Positions 18,501-28,721 of a DNA stretch of 39,816 nt are shown piece after piece. The position numbers and the translations under genes were made by a program. This DNA comes from a virus (lineage: Duplodnaviria > Heunggongvirae > Uroviricota > Caudoviricetes). Position 1 is the stretch's first letter. Each line of letters opens with the position of its first letter. The stretch is taken from positions 1 to 39,816 of IMG/VR virus record IMGVR_UViG_2541047807_000001; one strand, 5' to 3'. The notes beneath the pieces were generated by a model. It had not been told where the DNA came from. It saw nothing but the letters and a program-made list of their open reading frames with translations, and searched no databases.

Positions 18501-18952
18501 AACATTGCAGCCACATTAACCGGGTCTATCATTCCCATTGCTAAGCTTGAAATAGTACCAGCACCACCCATTTCAGATAGATATTCTCTATCTGTTCTTT
18601 GCTTATCGATTCGATGTTTAATTGCCATTGTTTCTTCATGCGAACCGGAGTTGATAAACGAATCTGCAAAATCTTCATAGCCTTTAATATCTGCTGCATC
18701 GTTATCAAATGGGTTATATCCTTCAACCCTGTCAAACTGACTGAAAGGAGCACTGGCAATAAAGCTACCCAGCGTGTTATCTATACGAAATGCTGCTTGT
18801 CTAGACCTTTGAACGCGTTGATCACTGGTAAATGGGTTCACAGCAGAAAGCAAAGAAGGTGTTTCCATATAGAAATTACTGTCATCAGGTGCTGCTATTT
18901 GCTGAATATCCTCGCCAAGCAACTCTTTAGGATCCTGTTCATATATCGGCAT
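15563..18952 (-). CDS. Large internal virion / DNA-ejection protein (T7 gp16-like position)
   Basis: 1129 aa with a long coiled-coil central region, upstream of the tailspike in the structural operon. Confidence 0.55.
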   Translation of the reverse strand: MPIYEQDPKELLGEDIQQIAAPDDSNFYMETPSLLSAVNPFTSDQRVQRSRQAAFRIDNTLGSFIASAPFSQFDRVEGYNPFDNDAADIKGYEDFADSFINSGSHEETMAIKHRIDKQRTDREYLSEMGGAGTISSLAMGMIDPVNVAAMFIPVGAVARGGSIAETAGRFALANAAGGGVSEAALQATQEARSPMESVSNVVVDALVGGILGAGAQLLAGPSAREAVVNSVGNHLRGMDSPQSIGAAQVFNTTLDQEQLAGLGLANKTLSVTPAGRLAQSPSLVSRQINQQLAENNYFFAKNDEGLATFTAVETKIKQYDAMLYKQMEATRDAYQQYSKSVSARGVKRMNFIDFNEAVGMAMRRGDQSDIPEVSQAAARIRPIFETTKARMQELGILPEDIDVVTAKSYLPRIYKFDKILSDRTEFRGRIANWIQGISAKGADKAGQRIERINSLLKTAEESAPRADALASEIAEAEKWSGKKILLMEELDKRNKLISQETDTQARLTRIEKELAETSSEKLQARMMKESSDLKTRLDDIAQAKSELPVYQRHMELLDNPRKYRSELRRLQKRANSTTRLNASRERALKQMEPLSREEAEDAADEIVNKIIGAPSGLVPADIIPERLVGRAGFTKSRTLLIPDERIEDFLESDVNYIMESYLRQVAPEIELTAQFGRKDMGEQIRQVSEEYTRLIKEAKTPKRRAVLEKQREADIRDITAMRDRLLGTYGAPQDPRSFFVRAGRVARNINFLRLLGGMTVSAATDLMRPMMQHGLRKSLGPMVSMLKNMDSVKIATRDLREMAVGLDYVLSTRTKAIADLTDPYSRRSAAERGLNWMTQKFGNWTLMNQWNSALKSWSGMIVQSRILDAARQVSAGGTLSKSEMRKMAQVGINEDVLRRIGEQFGKHGEDMDGLLTGHSHLWDDRFAREIFQSAVLKDVDSVIVTPGVGDTPLFFSKEGWKMITQFKTFIFAQHNRVLVSGIQQGDAAFYLGALGTIALGSMVYMMKQKLSGRDIDYSWNNLVKEGIDRGGMLGWLSEPLNTVENISGGRFGLGAMFGAPPVSRFQSRNAIGALLGPTFDLGGDAATVANGVLNGEFDSQQTHAVRKMLPFQNLWAISPLLNKVEEQMK

Positions 18953-21699
18953 TATTTGCCCCCTGCGTATATATTGCTCGGAAGGTAATTGGCTGAACCA
19001 TAACCGAATGGTTTGGTCAGATCTGGAGGAGTATATCCATCTTTATTGCTGAACTGCGGCAGCGGATTGCCTTCTCTCCGCACTCTAGCCTCATCAACAC
19101 GTTGTTGCTGGAACTGAATGGTTTGCCTGTACATTGGAGATGTCAGCTGATCCGGCTTGAAACGAACAGGGAGACCATTTTCTCCAATATAATTTCTCGG
19201 TTCTATCGCTCCGTTTGCGTCAGGCTGTAAAACCATAACAGCATAACTCCTATCCCTTGCCGTAAGGCCATCAGAAACAAGTATTAAGTCCGTATCACTG
19301 CGAGGACCGCCAAAGGATTTTGATTTAAGCTCGCGTTTTTCCTGCTCCCACTGCCCCTGTATCCAGTTACCAGCACCATTATTTACTCCGTACAATGCCT
19401 CAGGTGCATACTTCATAACCTCTGCTTTGCCATTAACCGTAGAAACTCCCCAGGTGGTTCTGATCATGGCATTGGTCATTTTCTCAGCCTGTTCTGCATC
19501 GCCACCTGTCTGTACAAAGTTAGCATCGTAAATTGTCTGGTAATCTCGCTGATAGGCCGCATTTGATTTTCCTGGATCGGTAATATCCGGAGACCACGAA
19601 CCAAAGGAAGTCAGACTGCTGGCGTTATTTTGTGCAGCAGTTGCCCTCGCCGCGACATATTTTTTGTCTCGCATGGCAGTGGAAAGCATCTGTTTCATTC
19701 GGTCATCCTGTTGGAACACCTGGCTGTAAGCCATATCAACAGCCTTATCCTCCGGCACGCCAGCGCGGGAATAATCGTAAACCTTGCCGTAAAATGCCAT
19801 CGTACTTTTATCAAGTGTTGCCGCTGCCGCCGGATTATTATCGAATAACTGACCGTAGAATTTTGCCATCGGGACAACCAGCGCAGGATCTCTTGATGTT
19901 GCTCCACTGTTAAGCATTGTTTTAACCTGAGTTGGTATCATGCCGCTTTTAGTTGTGACGGTGACCAGTGTATTGATGCTCTGCGGATCAGATATGGAAA
20001 ACGAAGGCGCGATATCCTGCGCGAAATAACGGTCTACCGCTGCCTGATTGTTTTTGTCGTTCGGGTCCAGCGGGAAGTTATTTTGCATTGAAGACACGAA
20101 CCTGTTTCTTCCCTGCTGAATCTCCCACTCCCTATCCATCTCTTTAAATTTGGCCTGCATTTTCTCCCAGCGTTGCTGGTTAGCTGCAAATCCAGGAGCG
20201 TTTGGATCCTGTGGACGTAAACGTTCAAGAATGTCTTGTCGTCCTTCTGGAGTGAGGTCTTTAGCGGCACCAATGACACCTCCATATTGTATCTGCGCCT
20301 GCATATCCTTCCACTTCATAGCGCCAATGCGCGGACCATTGGCCCGGATAAAATCGTCCTCAGAAGGTAACTTCTCAGGTTTCAATCCTTCATCAAGGGC
20401 TGAATATGCATCTTTAACTACGGTGCTAAGCTGGTCCGCATACTGCTGGCGGTACTGATTTCTCAGCTCATTAGCCTGCCTCAATGCCTGTATTTGCATT
20501 TGAGGGCTCATAGCATCAAATGCCGCATTGCCCGTATAACGCTTAGGTGAATCAAGGTTAGTTAGACCAAGGGCTGCCGAGATACCAGTTTCAAGCTGTT
20601 CGGTGCTATAAGGCATACTGCCATTTTCGTGTTTAATAATCCCAGCACATAAAGCAGCTAGTGTCTTTGGGTTAGAGATATCAAGCTGATCATTCTCCCC
20701 AACACCAAGCTCACCACACAATGCCCTAATATAAGCATCAGTATTATTACCATCACTAGCCGGAGCATAGCGATTAACAATCTCGCTAACGGTGTCATAG
20801 CCTTGACGCTGGTAAGACAACATATTTTTACCCAACGCGCGGATTCCATGCTCAGGGGTAGCAAACGTTGCAAAACGTCCATCGCTACCGATCTGACCTT
20901 CCCACGGGTTAGATTTGCTCGCTTCAATATTACCAGGGTTATTATTACGTAAACCACGAGCATCCAATGAATTACCATGTGATATTGCACGACTCACACC
21001 ATCAAGATCCCCTGGCTCTCCATTAACCTGAAGAAACTCGTTGTATTTTTGAGCGATATTTCCTATCCATGCTTGCTGCCCCATTTGTTCCTTGAGCTGA
21101 GTTTTCTGCTGAACACGCCACTCATCAGGAAGCCCATGCGCATCAGCGTATTGATCAATAGATTCAAATCGCTGCTTGGCTAAATCGACAAATGCTTGGT
21201 TATCGCTATATAGCCCCGCAGACTGAGTGACAGCCAATGCATTTCCTGACAAATACGTTTGATCTTGGAATTGCTGAAACTGCCCAACTTCATATCGACG
21301 TGCCTGATTGTAATAAGACTGCATAGACTGCTGGAGTTGAAAGGATAATTTATTCCTTTCCTCACTTTCAGGAATTGAGCCTAATAATGCCTGAGCCCTT
21401 TCCTGCATATTTTTCATAACAGCGTCACTCTGACCAAGAGCGTTTTTACCCTGTTTAGAAATCAGCCCACTTTCAGGGTTGTTAATCTGGTCATCTGCAA
21501 ATTGGTTAAATTGCAGTAACGCCTCCTGGGCCATAGCAACATTCGCTTTCTGCCTGGCTTCACCATATGCCACCGCATACTGATCTGCGACATTCGCCAG
21601 CACCTGACCTGCTTGAGGAACATCGAAGATCTGAAAACCACCGGTTTGCACACCACGACTTTGCACCTGGCGTCCGGATGTAGTAGGAACAACAGGCAT
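18952..21699 (-). CDS. Internal virion / core protein (T7 gp15-like position)
   Basis: 915 aa structural-operon gene; contains a RGLRNNNPGNIEAS...W.G segment that may be a cell-wall-interacting domain. Confidence 0.55.
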   Translation of the reverse strand: MPVVPTTSGRQVQSRGVQTGGFQIFDVPQAGQVLANVADQYAVAYGEARQKANVAMAQEALLQFNQFADDQINNPESGLISKQGKNALGQSDAVMKNMQERAQALLGSIPESEERNKLSFQLQQSMQSYYNQARRYEVGQFQQFQDQTYLSGNALAVTQSAGLYSDNQAFVDLAKQRFESIDQYADAHGLPDEWRVQQKTQLKEQMGQQAWIGNIAQKYNEFLQVNGEPGDLDGVSRAISHGNSLDARGLRNNNPGNIEASKSNPWEGQIGSDGRFATFATPEHGIRALGKNMLSYQRQGYDTVSEIVNRYAPASDGNNTDAYIRALCGELGVGENDQLDISNPKTLAALCAGIIKHENGSMPYSTEQLETGISAALGLTNLDSPKRYTGNAAFDAMSPQMQIQALRQANELRNQYRQQYADQLSTVVKDAYSALDEGLKPEKLPSEDDFIRANGPRIGAMKWKDMQAQIQYGGVIGAAKDLTPEGRQDILERLRPQDPNAPGFAANQQRWEKMQAKFKEMDREWEIQQGRNRFVSSMQNNFPLDPNDKNNQAAVDRYFAQDIAPSFSISDPQSINTLVTVTTKSGMIPTQVKTMLNSGATSRDPALVVPMAKFYGQLFDNNPAAAATLDKSTMAFYGKVYDYSRAGVPEDKAVDMAYSQVFQQDDRMKQMLSTAMRDKKYVAARATAAQNNASSLTSFGSWSPDITDPGKSNAAYQRDYQTIYDANFVQTGGDAEQAEKMTNAMIRTTWGVSTVNGKAEVMKYAPEALYGVNNGAGNWIQGQWEQEKRELKSKSFGGPRSDTDLILVSDGLTARDRSYAVMVLQPDANGAIEPRNYIGENGLPVRFKPDQLTSPMYRQTIQFQQQRVDEARVRREGNPLPQFSNKDGYTPPDLTKPFGYGSANYLPSNIYAGGK

Positions 21700-22274
21700 C
21701 AGTAACCTCCTATTTTGAATCGGGAGTCAGAATTCATAAAACCTGAGTTAGATAACATTGGCGTCCCACCACTAGATGTACTTCCTTTAGAGAACGGACT
21801 CCACGTCCCACCAAACATCTGGTACGCACCGTATGCCTTCAGAGGCGCAGTGAGTAAAGTTGTTGCTGCTCCCACATTCCCCTGTTTACGGGCTGAACTG
21901 GCTTCTGCTTTATAGTTGGCAGCCTGAACCTGATAACCGTAAGCCTCGCGTTGCGCGTTATTCACCGTCGTCAGAGAATCAAGAGCGCCAAACTGGGCAG
22001 TGTCGCCAAATATATCCAGCGCGTTACCTGTAGATAAATCAGCGCCGGTAGCCCCCATTGTCGCCGCCTGTGTACCAAGCCGCTGTCGGGTCTCTCTGCG
22101 TCGTTGCTCAGCTTCAGCGTTACCTCTGTTTATTGCATCATTTGCCTGAGCTGTGGCTATATCTGCGTTCGCTTCTGCAACCTTCGAGGCATACTTTCCC
22201 TGTTGGTACTGGGTGTATGCCTGAATGCCACTCATGGCGAGCATTGCGCCACCAGCAATAACCGGATCGCACAT
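21699..22274 (-). CDS. Internal virion protein (gp14-like position)
   Basis: 191 aa, Ala/Gln-rich; start overlaps the upstream gene stop. Confidence 0.45.
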   Translation of the reverse strand: MCDPVIAGGAMLAMSGIQAYTQYQQGKYASKVAEANADIATAQANDAINRGNAEAEQRRRETRQRLGTQAATMGATGADLSTGNALDIFGDTAQFGALDSLTTVNNAQREAYGYQVQAANYKAEASSARKQGNVGAATTLLTAPLKAYGAYQMFGGTWSPFSKGSTSSGGTPMLSNSGFMNSDSRFKIGGY

Positions 22275-22738
22275 TATTTTCTCTCCATGTGAAATCTGTG
22301 GAAATTAAGACCAAGAGCACCATAAGGCGCGGCTTCTTCAAGCCTGAATCCAAGCCAGTGGAGCCATGCTTTGGCAACATGGTTTCGCTCGTCGACGTAG
22401 TTTTCCAGGCGCGGATAAACTGCCAGCATCTGCCGCAATACAGGGTGGCAGTGGCGAAGAAATGTCTTCTGATATTTTTCAATACGGCTGGTCCCGACCA
22501 GCCAGGGCGTACCATTGCCACCGATCATTGACGCCGGAGATACACCAAACATGGTTACCAGTTCTCCGTTCGCGAACCCTGACCAGGCCATAGTCGCAGT
22601 GCGCAGACCAACACGCAGCGCATCTTCGGTAGTCATCAGCGATACCGCATACAGTTCGTCAATATCAGCCTGACGAACATCCGGCAAAATCATCTGAAGA
22701 TGCTCTTCGGTAGCGGGAATAATTTGAACATCGATCAT
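22274..22738 (-). CDS. Virion-associated protein (gp13-like position)
   Basis: 154 aa, coupled within the structural operon. Confidence 0.4.
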   Translation of the reverse strand: MIDVQIIPATEEHLQMILPDVRQADIDELYAVSLMTTEDALRVGLRTATMAWSGFANGELVTMFGVSPASMIGGNGTPWLVGTSRIEKYQKTFLRHCHPVLRQMLAVYPRLENYVDERNHVAKAWLHWLGFRLEEAAPYGALGLNFHRFHMERK

Positions 22739-25209
22739 CAGAATCCCCCAACAGTAAGGCGAGGAATAACGGCAAGAACAGACAGCGGCAACGGGTCAAG
22801 CTGACGGATTTTTACACGCCCGTTTTTGCCCCAGTTACTGTCCAGTTTCACTTCTACTTTTCCGGTAGCATCATCAACAGGATCATCGTAGAACTCGAAT
22901 TCACGCTGTGGATATTCGTACCATTTACCGCCGGGCGTAGTCGCCCAGATGCCGCGACTGGCATTCACAACCAGAGTAACGGACGGGATCACCTGTTTTT
23001 TGTCCAGCAGCGTTTCCTGTCCGTTAATGTTGATATCCAGTGTTTCGAATTCAGCAGTTATTGGCAGGCCGATGTGCACAACAGCCCCCGGTGATTCCAG
23101 CGTGACGGCACCTCCGGAAACCACTTTTTGTGGTTCCACGTTCGCATCAGAGAGGATGTTTACGGTCTGGCCTTCAAGATGAGACAAGCCGCCAAATGTC
23201 CGGCGCGCCATCTGCCAGTTCGTGGTGGCCACATTCCTGAGGGATGGCGGGACGTTCCTGTTAGCACGAACCACTACTGCGGTATTGCTGGTTACAGAAA
23301 TAATGTCGCAACGTAATTCTTTTGACACTTCATAGCCAGTATCAGGATTAGCTCCGGTATAAGGGAACTGTAGTTGCGCACCAACATCACTACTGGTGAA
23401 GTACGCACCACCAGAAACACTGATTGTATATTCCGCGCGGTAATCCCATTCGCCAGAACCACCAGTGATGGTCATCGTTCTGTCAGACGTGTTTCTTCCA
23501 TCATAGCTAAGGCCAGAATCAACAAAGAAAGCATCTTCATCGCTGGTAAATAAACGGCTGGACAGTCGCTCGATGTATCTCACTGTTTGCCCGTTAACGG
23601 TTCGGTTAACGACGAAATACACCGCATCTTCATTTCCTTCGCTGATACTGCATGTGCTTTCATATTTTCCGGTACTGGATTGTGGTGCCCATGCAAAAAC
23701 CTGCTGATCACGCAAATAGGTCATCACCAGTAATTTACCGTCATCACGAATGCAGAAGGCGCTGGAGTAAGGGACAATAGAGAAGCACCAGTCAACAATG
23801 CTGTGCTTCTGAAAAAGATGATTGGCAAGGATGGTCAGGTCGTTCCCCTGATAGCCGTCAACATCGAATGAGTAGGCCAGATCACGGACAACACTGCCTT
23901 TCTCCTGGACGAACAGAGCAATATTCGCCACGGCAATTGGTGGGACGTTGCTTGAGCCATTTGATCCCTGAGAGCTGAATGCAAATGATGATGGGGTTAA
24001 CACTTTGTTCTGGTCGCCGGTGATGACGTACTCACCTCCGGAAGTCAGTGCCACCAGCGAACCGACATCAATCAGGTGGCGGATCTCATTAACCTGACGC
24101 CCGGCATAGGTGTAGATAATTCTGTCGTCATCCTGCGTAGGATTGCTTTTGCCAAAATCCTTATAATCCACAGTACGGCTGGCCCAGATAGTCTGAGGGA
24201 ACGCTGTCGATGCGGCGAAGTAAAGACGTTGTTGATAATAAACAACCGTGCCAGGATAACCGTTAACACTGTTCCAGGCATATTTAGCCCATTTATAGCT
24301 GGCATTATCCTCGCCAACGACCTGCGAAGGGATATAGGAAATCACCTCAGCAGTTGCAGTAGTGCCATTTGCAGCAGTGATACGGGCAATGCCAAAACCA
24401 CTGTGCAGATACTCCCACTCAATGCCAGTATCATCATCACCGGATCCGCCCCAGCCATCCCATGATGTGCCTTCTGTATGCGAAGGGCGCAAAGTACCTG
24501 TTTTGCCTGCTGTAACGGCGCGATAGTAGTTACTGTCTGCACGGCGAATATCGCCAATCGACGTACTCTTACTGGTTTCCCATACCGGCACAGAATCCAC
24601 TGCAGGCTGTTCCAGATAGAACAATTTGCCTACCTGCTCCGCGCCAAAAATAGAGGCGCTTGCCGTTAACGTAATTGTCCCGGTGCTGGCGCTGGCATAA
24701 ACCGTCACTGACTCGTCAATATTGATATCTTCAAATGGCCCGTTCTTCGTTACCACATCAACCAGTTGCCAGTTGTCATGAGCATATCTGCGCAGCTCTT
24801 TCGGCGGGTATGCCGGGTGAACCAGCGTAAGCACGTCGGCGCTTTGCGTGAATTTAATTCGGAACAGATCGGCTTCAGTATATGGCGTGGCAATTTCATA
24901 AATAACATTGCTGCTGTTCAGCACCAACGCACCATCTTTGATAACGCGCATGTACTGGTGTCCGAACTCCAGAGCATAGGTCTGAACCGTCGAGAACTGG
25001 AACGGGATCAGGCGGCATTTCCGATTTGGGTATTTGGCGGCACCGACAAAACGCGTACCAGGTCGATTCTCAACGCCGCCATACTGCCGCACGATAAAGT
25101 TATCGCACTTGCGCAATGCCACCTGGTACTTCGCCATGTCGATACGACCGTACAACGACGGTCCAATCTCACCACCGGCAAAGCTGGGCTGTATCCAACT
25201 GATAGCCAT
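22738..25209 (-). CDS. Tail tubular protein B-like (nozzle)
   Basis: 823 aa, comparable in size and position to T7 gp12; immediately downstream of a ~200-aa adaptor-like gene. Confidence 0.55.
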   Translation of the reverse strand: MAISWIQPSFAGGEIGPSLYGRIDMAKYQVALRKCDNFIVRQYGGVENRPGTRFVGAAKYPNRKCRLIPFQFSTVQTYALEFGHQYMRVIKDGALVLNSSNVIYEIATPYTEADLFRIKFTQSADVLTLVHPAYPPKELRRYAHDNWQLVDVVTKNGPFEDINIDESVTVYASASTGTITLTASASIFGAEQVGKLFYLEQPAVDSVPVWETSKSTSIGDIRRADSNYYRAVTAGKTGTLRPSHTEGTSWDGWGGSGDDDTGIEWEYLHSGFGIARITAANGTTATAEVISYIPSQVVGEDNASYKWAKYAWNSVNGYPGTVVYYQQRLYFAASTAFPQTIWASRTVDYKDFGKSNPTQDDDRIIYTYAGRQVNEIRHLIDVGSLVALTSGGEYVITGDQNKVLTPSSFAFSSQGSNGSSNVPPIAVANIALFVQEKGSVVRDLAYSFDVDGYQGNDLTILANHLFQKHSIVDWCFSIVPYSSAFCIRDDGKLLVMTYLRDQQVFAWAPQSSTGKYESTCSISEGNEDAVYFVVNRTVNGQTVRYIERLSSRLFTSDEDAFFVDSGLSYDGRNTSDRTMTITGGSGEWDYRAEYTISVSGGAYFTSSDVGAQLQFPYTGANPDTGYEVSKELRCDIISVTSNTAVVVRANRNVPPSLRNVATTNWQMARRTFGGLSHLEGQTVNILSDANVEPQKVVSGGAVTLESPGAVVHIGLPITAEFETLDININGQETLLDKKQVIPSVTLVVNASRGIWATTPGGKWYEYPQREFEFYDDPVDDATGKVEVKLDSNWGKNGRVKIRQLDPLPLSVLAVIPRLTVGGF

Positions 25210-25817
25210 CAGGACAACCTCGCAATGGTAAACTCGTCAACCGGTGGCTGTGGTTCCTGTGATTCATTCTGGCTATGCGAGCCAGCACTAAGAATCACGC
25301 GATTGTACATATTGAGGGCAAACGTACCGAGGTCTGCATTCCCAGTCAGCGCCATGTTAATAGCTGCCGCAAGACGCCAGGCCAACGCCTCCATAAAAAT
25401 GGCATCAAACATGTTCACATCTGTAACGCGAGAGACATACTTGAGCCATGCCTGAGGCTGGTCTGTGTAGATCAACTTTCCTGTTCCGTTGGTGTCTACA
25501 CCTACTTCGTACTGAACGCGCATTGCTGCTGTTGGATTGCGTACACCAGGAAGCATAATTTCAGTAATGCGCAGACAATCGGACGGGTACTGATACGCAT
25601 ATTCCCAGTCAGGCGGTGGATTGCTCGTATCTGCAAGCGCCACGCGTTTGGTAGCAAAGTTCCAGTCAAAATCAGAAAGCACAGCATCACGGCAGGCCTC
25701 AAAGTGCAGCGAACATTCCCCCGCTTCCTTGCTGGCTTCCGTCAGGCTGTTAATGCTGCGGCTGTTGCCAATATTGGACAGCGCACGATTACAGATCTCT
25801 ACTACAGAGGCCATCAC
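25209..25817 (-). CDS. Tail tubular protein A-like (adaptor)
   Basis: 202 aa, comparable in size and position to T7 gp11. Confidence 0.45.
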   Translation of the reverse strand: MMASVVEICNRALSNIGNSRSINSLTEASKEAGECSLHFEACRDAVLSDFDWNFATKRVALADTSNPPPDWEYAYQYPSDCLRITEIMLPGVRNPTAAMRVQYEVGVDTNGTGKLIYTDQPQAWLKYVSRVTDVNMFDAIFMEALAWRLAAAINMALTGNADLGTFALNMYNRVILSAGSHSQNESQEPQPPVDEFTIARLS

Positions 25818-26143
25818 TCACCTCCGTTACCGTACAGAGTTTCAGCCGCTGATTTTTCTACATCCCCGGAAACAGGAGCGATCGCCATATCAGTGATCTG
25901 CAGATCGGCGCTGCGATTAACACCATCGTCAGTTTCTCTGGCAGACAGGCCTCGAATAACAGCTTTTGCAGTTATCATCACTTCTGTTCCGACGCCCTGA
26001 GGTTGCGCCTTCAGCTTATTCAATGTGTCGTTATTAAGAGTGATGCACAGCCCCCACGGGTATTCATCGCGAGTTCTGGTTTCTCCGCTCTCATCCTGGT
26101 AGCTGTCAGTGCCGGTTTTGAGGTTTACGAGTTCCATATACAC
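25814..26143 (-). CDS. Small structural-operon protein
   Basis: 109-aa ORF coupled to the downstream gene. Confidence 0.4.
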   Translation of the reverse strand: MYMELVNLKTGTDSYQDESGETRTRDEYPWGLCITLNNDTLNKLKAQPQGVGTEVMITAKAVIRGLSARETDDGVNRSADLQITDMAIAPVSGDVEKSAAETLYGNGGE

Positions 26144-26187
26144 TCCTGCAATAAAGGGGCTGAAGCCCCTTGTCGGATTCGCGAGGC

Positions 26188-26532
26188 TTACACGCCTAGT
26201 TCTTTACGCTTATCTGCGATCTTCTCGCGGAGCGTTTCGGCTTTAGCGTTATGGTGTGGCTTCTCGTTAAAGAGCAATTCGTACTCTTCACGGAGCTTAT
26301 CCAGTTCACCATCATCTGACACATCGTTGATGATTTTGGTGCTGGTTGCTGCCATTGACACCTTTCCTGCAACTTTTGCTTTTGCCTGTCTGGCTGCATC
26401 GTTAACAGGTTCCAGTGCGCTACCAGGCTCACCTTCGTATTCGATTTCTGCCCCCTCCGGCCACAGAGTGTTATGGATATGAGAGAGGCGCAGAACGCGG
26501 TATCTTGGTTTCTCACCTGACATCGATATCAC
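26188..26532 (-). CDS. Small structural-operon protein
   Basis: 114-aa ORF between the decoration-like and adaptor-like genes. Confidence 0.4.
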   Translation of the reverse strand: MISMSGEKPRYRVLRLSHIHNTLWPEGAEIEYEGEPGSALEPVNDAARQAKAKVAGKVSMAATSTKIINDVSDDGELDKLREEYELLFNEKPHHNAKAETLREKIADKRKELGV

Positions 26533-26533
26533 C

Positions 26534-26971
26534 TTAACCAGTTACTTTTGAGCGGATCGGATACGGCGTATTGGCATCAACATCAAGACTGATACCAGCA
26601 GTGAATTCGCCAGCCGTTAGTGGGCCAGTTGCGACGGAGTAGTTAACACGCAGATATCGCTGAACACCGGCAGGCACCTTTGCAGAAATAACTCGTTTAC
26701 CTGCTGTCAGGGTGGTCTTTGCCAGTGCACCACTATCATAAATAGTGGTCCATGAGCTGTTATCCTCACTCGTCTGCAACTGGATGTTTACAGTTGCATC
26801 ACCGCTTGCTGCGGCGGCTGTGTTAACCAGCGCCCAAAACTCAAGCGGGTAACCCACGCCGATATCACGACGTTTTCCGTCAATTGGACCGAGATCGATT
26901 ACGTCAGTAGAAGCCGCGGTATCAGTTACCGCCTGTGCTTCGGAGAACATCAACAGTTTGTCGGTGATCAT
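26534..26971 (-). CDS. Putative capsid decoration / Ig-like surface protein
   Basis: 145 aa, Thr/Ala/Gly-rich beta-type sequence directly downstream of the major capsid gene. Confidence 0.4.
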   Translation of the reverse strand: MITDKLLMFSEAQAVTDTAASTDVIDLGPIDGKRRDIGVGYPLEFWALVNTAAAASGDATVNIQLQTSEDNSSWTTIYDSGALAKTTLTAGKRVISAKVPAGVQRYLRVNYSVATGPLTAGEFTAGISLDVDANTPYPIRSKVTG

Positions 26972-27022
26972 CTTCTTTCTCCATTAGTGGGTCTGTTACG
27001 ACCCACAGGTTAATAACAGGCG

Positions 27023-28015
27023 TTACACCACGCGGGCTTCTGTTTCCAGAAGCGCATCAGTTTCACGGATTGGTACACCACGGAATGAAGTCCACCACTC
27101 GCCTTCTGTCTCTTTTACGCTGATCGCCAGAGATGTTTTCTCCAGAGATTGCAGATCAAGAGCCTGGCCTACAGTGCGGTTCATGTAGAACACCGGGCGA
27201 CCCATGCCACGATTTGGAATGCGATGCAGTGCTTTAACCATCAACTTCGCAATATTTGCGGCAGAGGAAGGTTCTGAAAGATTGCTGACATCGATGTTTG
27301 CAATGCGAACAACATAACGCCAGTCACGCAGAGCAAGTCCGTTATCCCATTTGTAATGGGTGCGATAGCCTTCGTACTTGCCGCCATTAGCATCTTCCAG
27401 TGTCACCTGGCCTTTATCTTCCATTTGGATGCCAGCCTTCTGCCCTTTCGGGAAGATGCCATGCACGGTGTTTTCGCCCCACACCACTAACCAGATTGAG
27501 GTGTTATCTGTACCCGTGCCACCAGCATCAATGATGTTCTGAGCATTACCCGCAGACAGGCTGGAATAGCGGGAGGACAGTCCCATAAACTGCTGAGGGT
27601 TAACGCTGGAATCACCATAAAACAGCGTCTGCGCCATCTGCTGATTCATCGCTTCAATAAATGCGCGGTCTTCAGACAGGCGGAATTCGGCGGTATTGCC
27701 GTTCAGATCAGCCAGTGACTTATCGACTTCCGCATAGGTTTCCAGCATGCCAACGGAATCGGTTACCTGTACTGTGGTTGATTTGCTTGGCTGTACGCCA
27801 TAGTTCAGCAAACGCCAGGTAGCTGAAGGTAAACCAGAACGAATGGTGGTTCGGTGTCCGGTAGGAAGGTTCCCTTCGACAAAAGGCATATCCTGAAGGA
27901 TCGGGTTAGTTTGACCGAGAAGCTCGATAATCTTATCGACTTTCCCGTTTGGATCGACGCGCTTACCCCAGTCAGCCAGCGTTAGCGCAGTTAAGCCTTT
28001 AACAGCCATTGTCAT
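27023..28015 (-). CDS. Major capsid protein (HK97 fold inferred)
   Basis: 330 aa, downstream of the scaffold gene; size and position typical of a major capsid protein. Confidence 0.7.
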   Translation of the reverse strand: MTMAVKGLTALTLADWGKRVDPNGKVDKIIELLGQTNPILQDMPFVEGNLPTGHRTTIRSGLPSATWRLLNYGVQPSKSTTVQVTDSVGMLETYAEVDKSLADLNGNTAEFRLSEDRAFIEAMNQQMAQTLFYGDSSVNPQQFMGLSSRYSSLSAGNAQNIIDAGGTGTDNTSIWLVVWGENTVHGIFPKGQKAGIQMEDKGQVTLEDANGGKYEGYRTHYKWDNGLALRDWRYVVRIANIDVSNLSEPSSAANIAKLMVKALHRIPNRGMGRPVFYMNRTVGQALDLQSLEKTSLAISVKETEGEWWTSFRGVPIRETDALLETEARVV

Positions 28016-28023
28016 TTCCTCTC

Positions 28024-28719
28024 TTATTTGCCATAGAGCACTTCGGCCGCACTACGCTGGCCTTCATTACCACCGGTGACCATGCCATCTTCAGACATCG
28101 CCTTTCCGATTTTCACGAACGTTTTGACCAGATCAGGGTGATTACCCAGTCCGGTGGTGTTCAGATATTCTTTGAGTTCAGGTGTCCCGAACTGGTCAAG
28201 CGCACGCTGTGCGGCGCTAAGGTTAGAAATCAACTTGTCGCCACCGATTTCTTTGTCAGCTTTTACATCCGCAGCCCACTGCTCGGTTGTTTTCTGCCAG
28301 GCTTCTGCCTGGCGCTGCTGAACACCTGCCAGAATCTTCGGATAAGCATCAACCAGCTTTTGCGCTTGCTCGTTGGTCAGGTTAAGTTCTCGCGCCACCG
28401 GCTCGAATTCCTTCAACGCTTCTGTATCCAGCTCTACGCCTTCGGCAGCCTGAAACTCGTACTTCTCAGGCGCACCCTCTGGTTTATCGCCGTCCTTTTT
28501 TTCATCCTGCTTATCGTTTTCAGGCTTTTTGTCATCAGCAGGTTTATCGCCATCAGCAACAGGTTGTGGCTTATCACCTTCCAGTTGTGATGGATCACCA
28601 ACTGGAGCAGGGTTATCACCTGCAGGCGCTGACGGTTCTGACGCAGCCGGAGCTGCTCCGCCATCAACTGGTTGCTCATTGCAAAGACGGCGATACAGCA
28701 AACGCTCAAATAAATTCAT
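28024..28719 (-). CDS. Scaffolding protein
   Basis: Acidic, Pro/Asp/Lys-rich low-complexity N-terminal half and helical C-terminal half, between portal and capsid. RBS GGAG before ATG 28719. Confidence 0.6.
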   Translation of the reverse strand: MNLFERLLYRRLCNEQPVDGGAAPAASEPSAPAGDNPAPVGDPSQLEGDKPQPVADGDKPADDKKPENDKQDEKKDGDKPEGAPEKYEFQAAEGVELDTEALKEFEPVARELNLTNEQAQKLVDAYPKILAGVQQRQAEAWQKTTEQWAADVKADKEIGGDKLISNLSAAQRALDQFGTPELKEYLNTTGLGNHPDLVKTFVKIGKAMSEDGMVTGGNEGQRSAAEVLYGK

Positions 28720-28721
28720 AA

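Noticed and set aside
15563-18952. Tape-measure protein assignment for the 1129-aa gene
   Set aside because: No tail tube, sheath, chaperone or frameshift pair is present, and flanking genes follow a podovirus gp11-gp17-like order, so an internal virion / ejection protein is more consistent.
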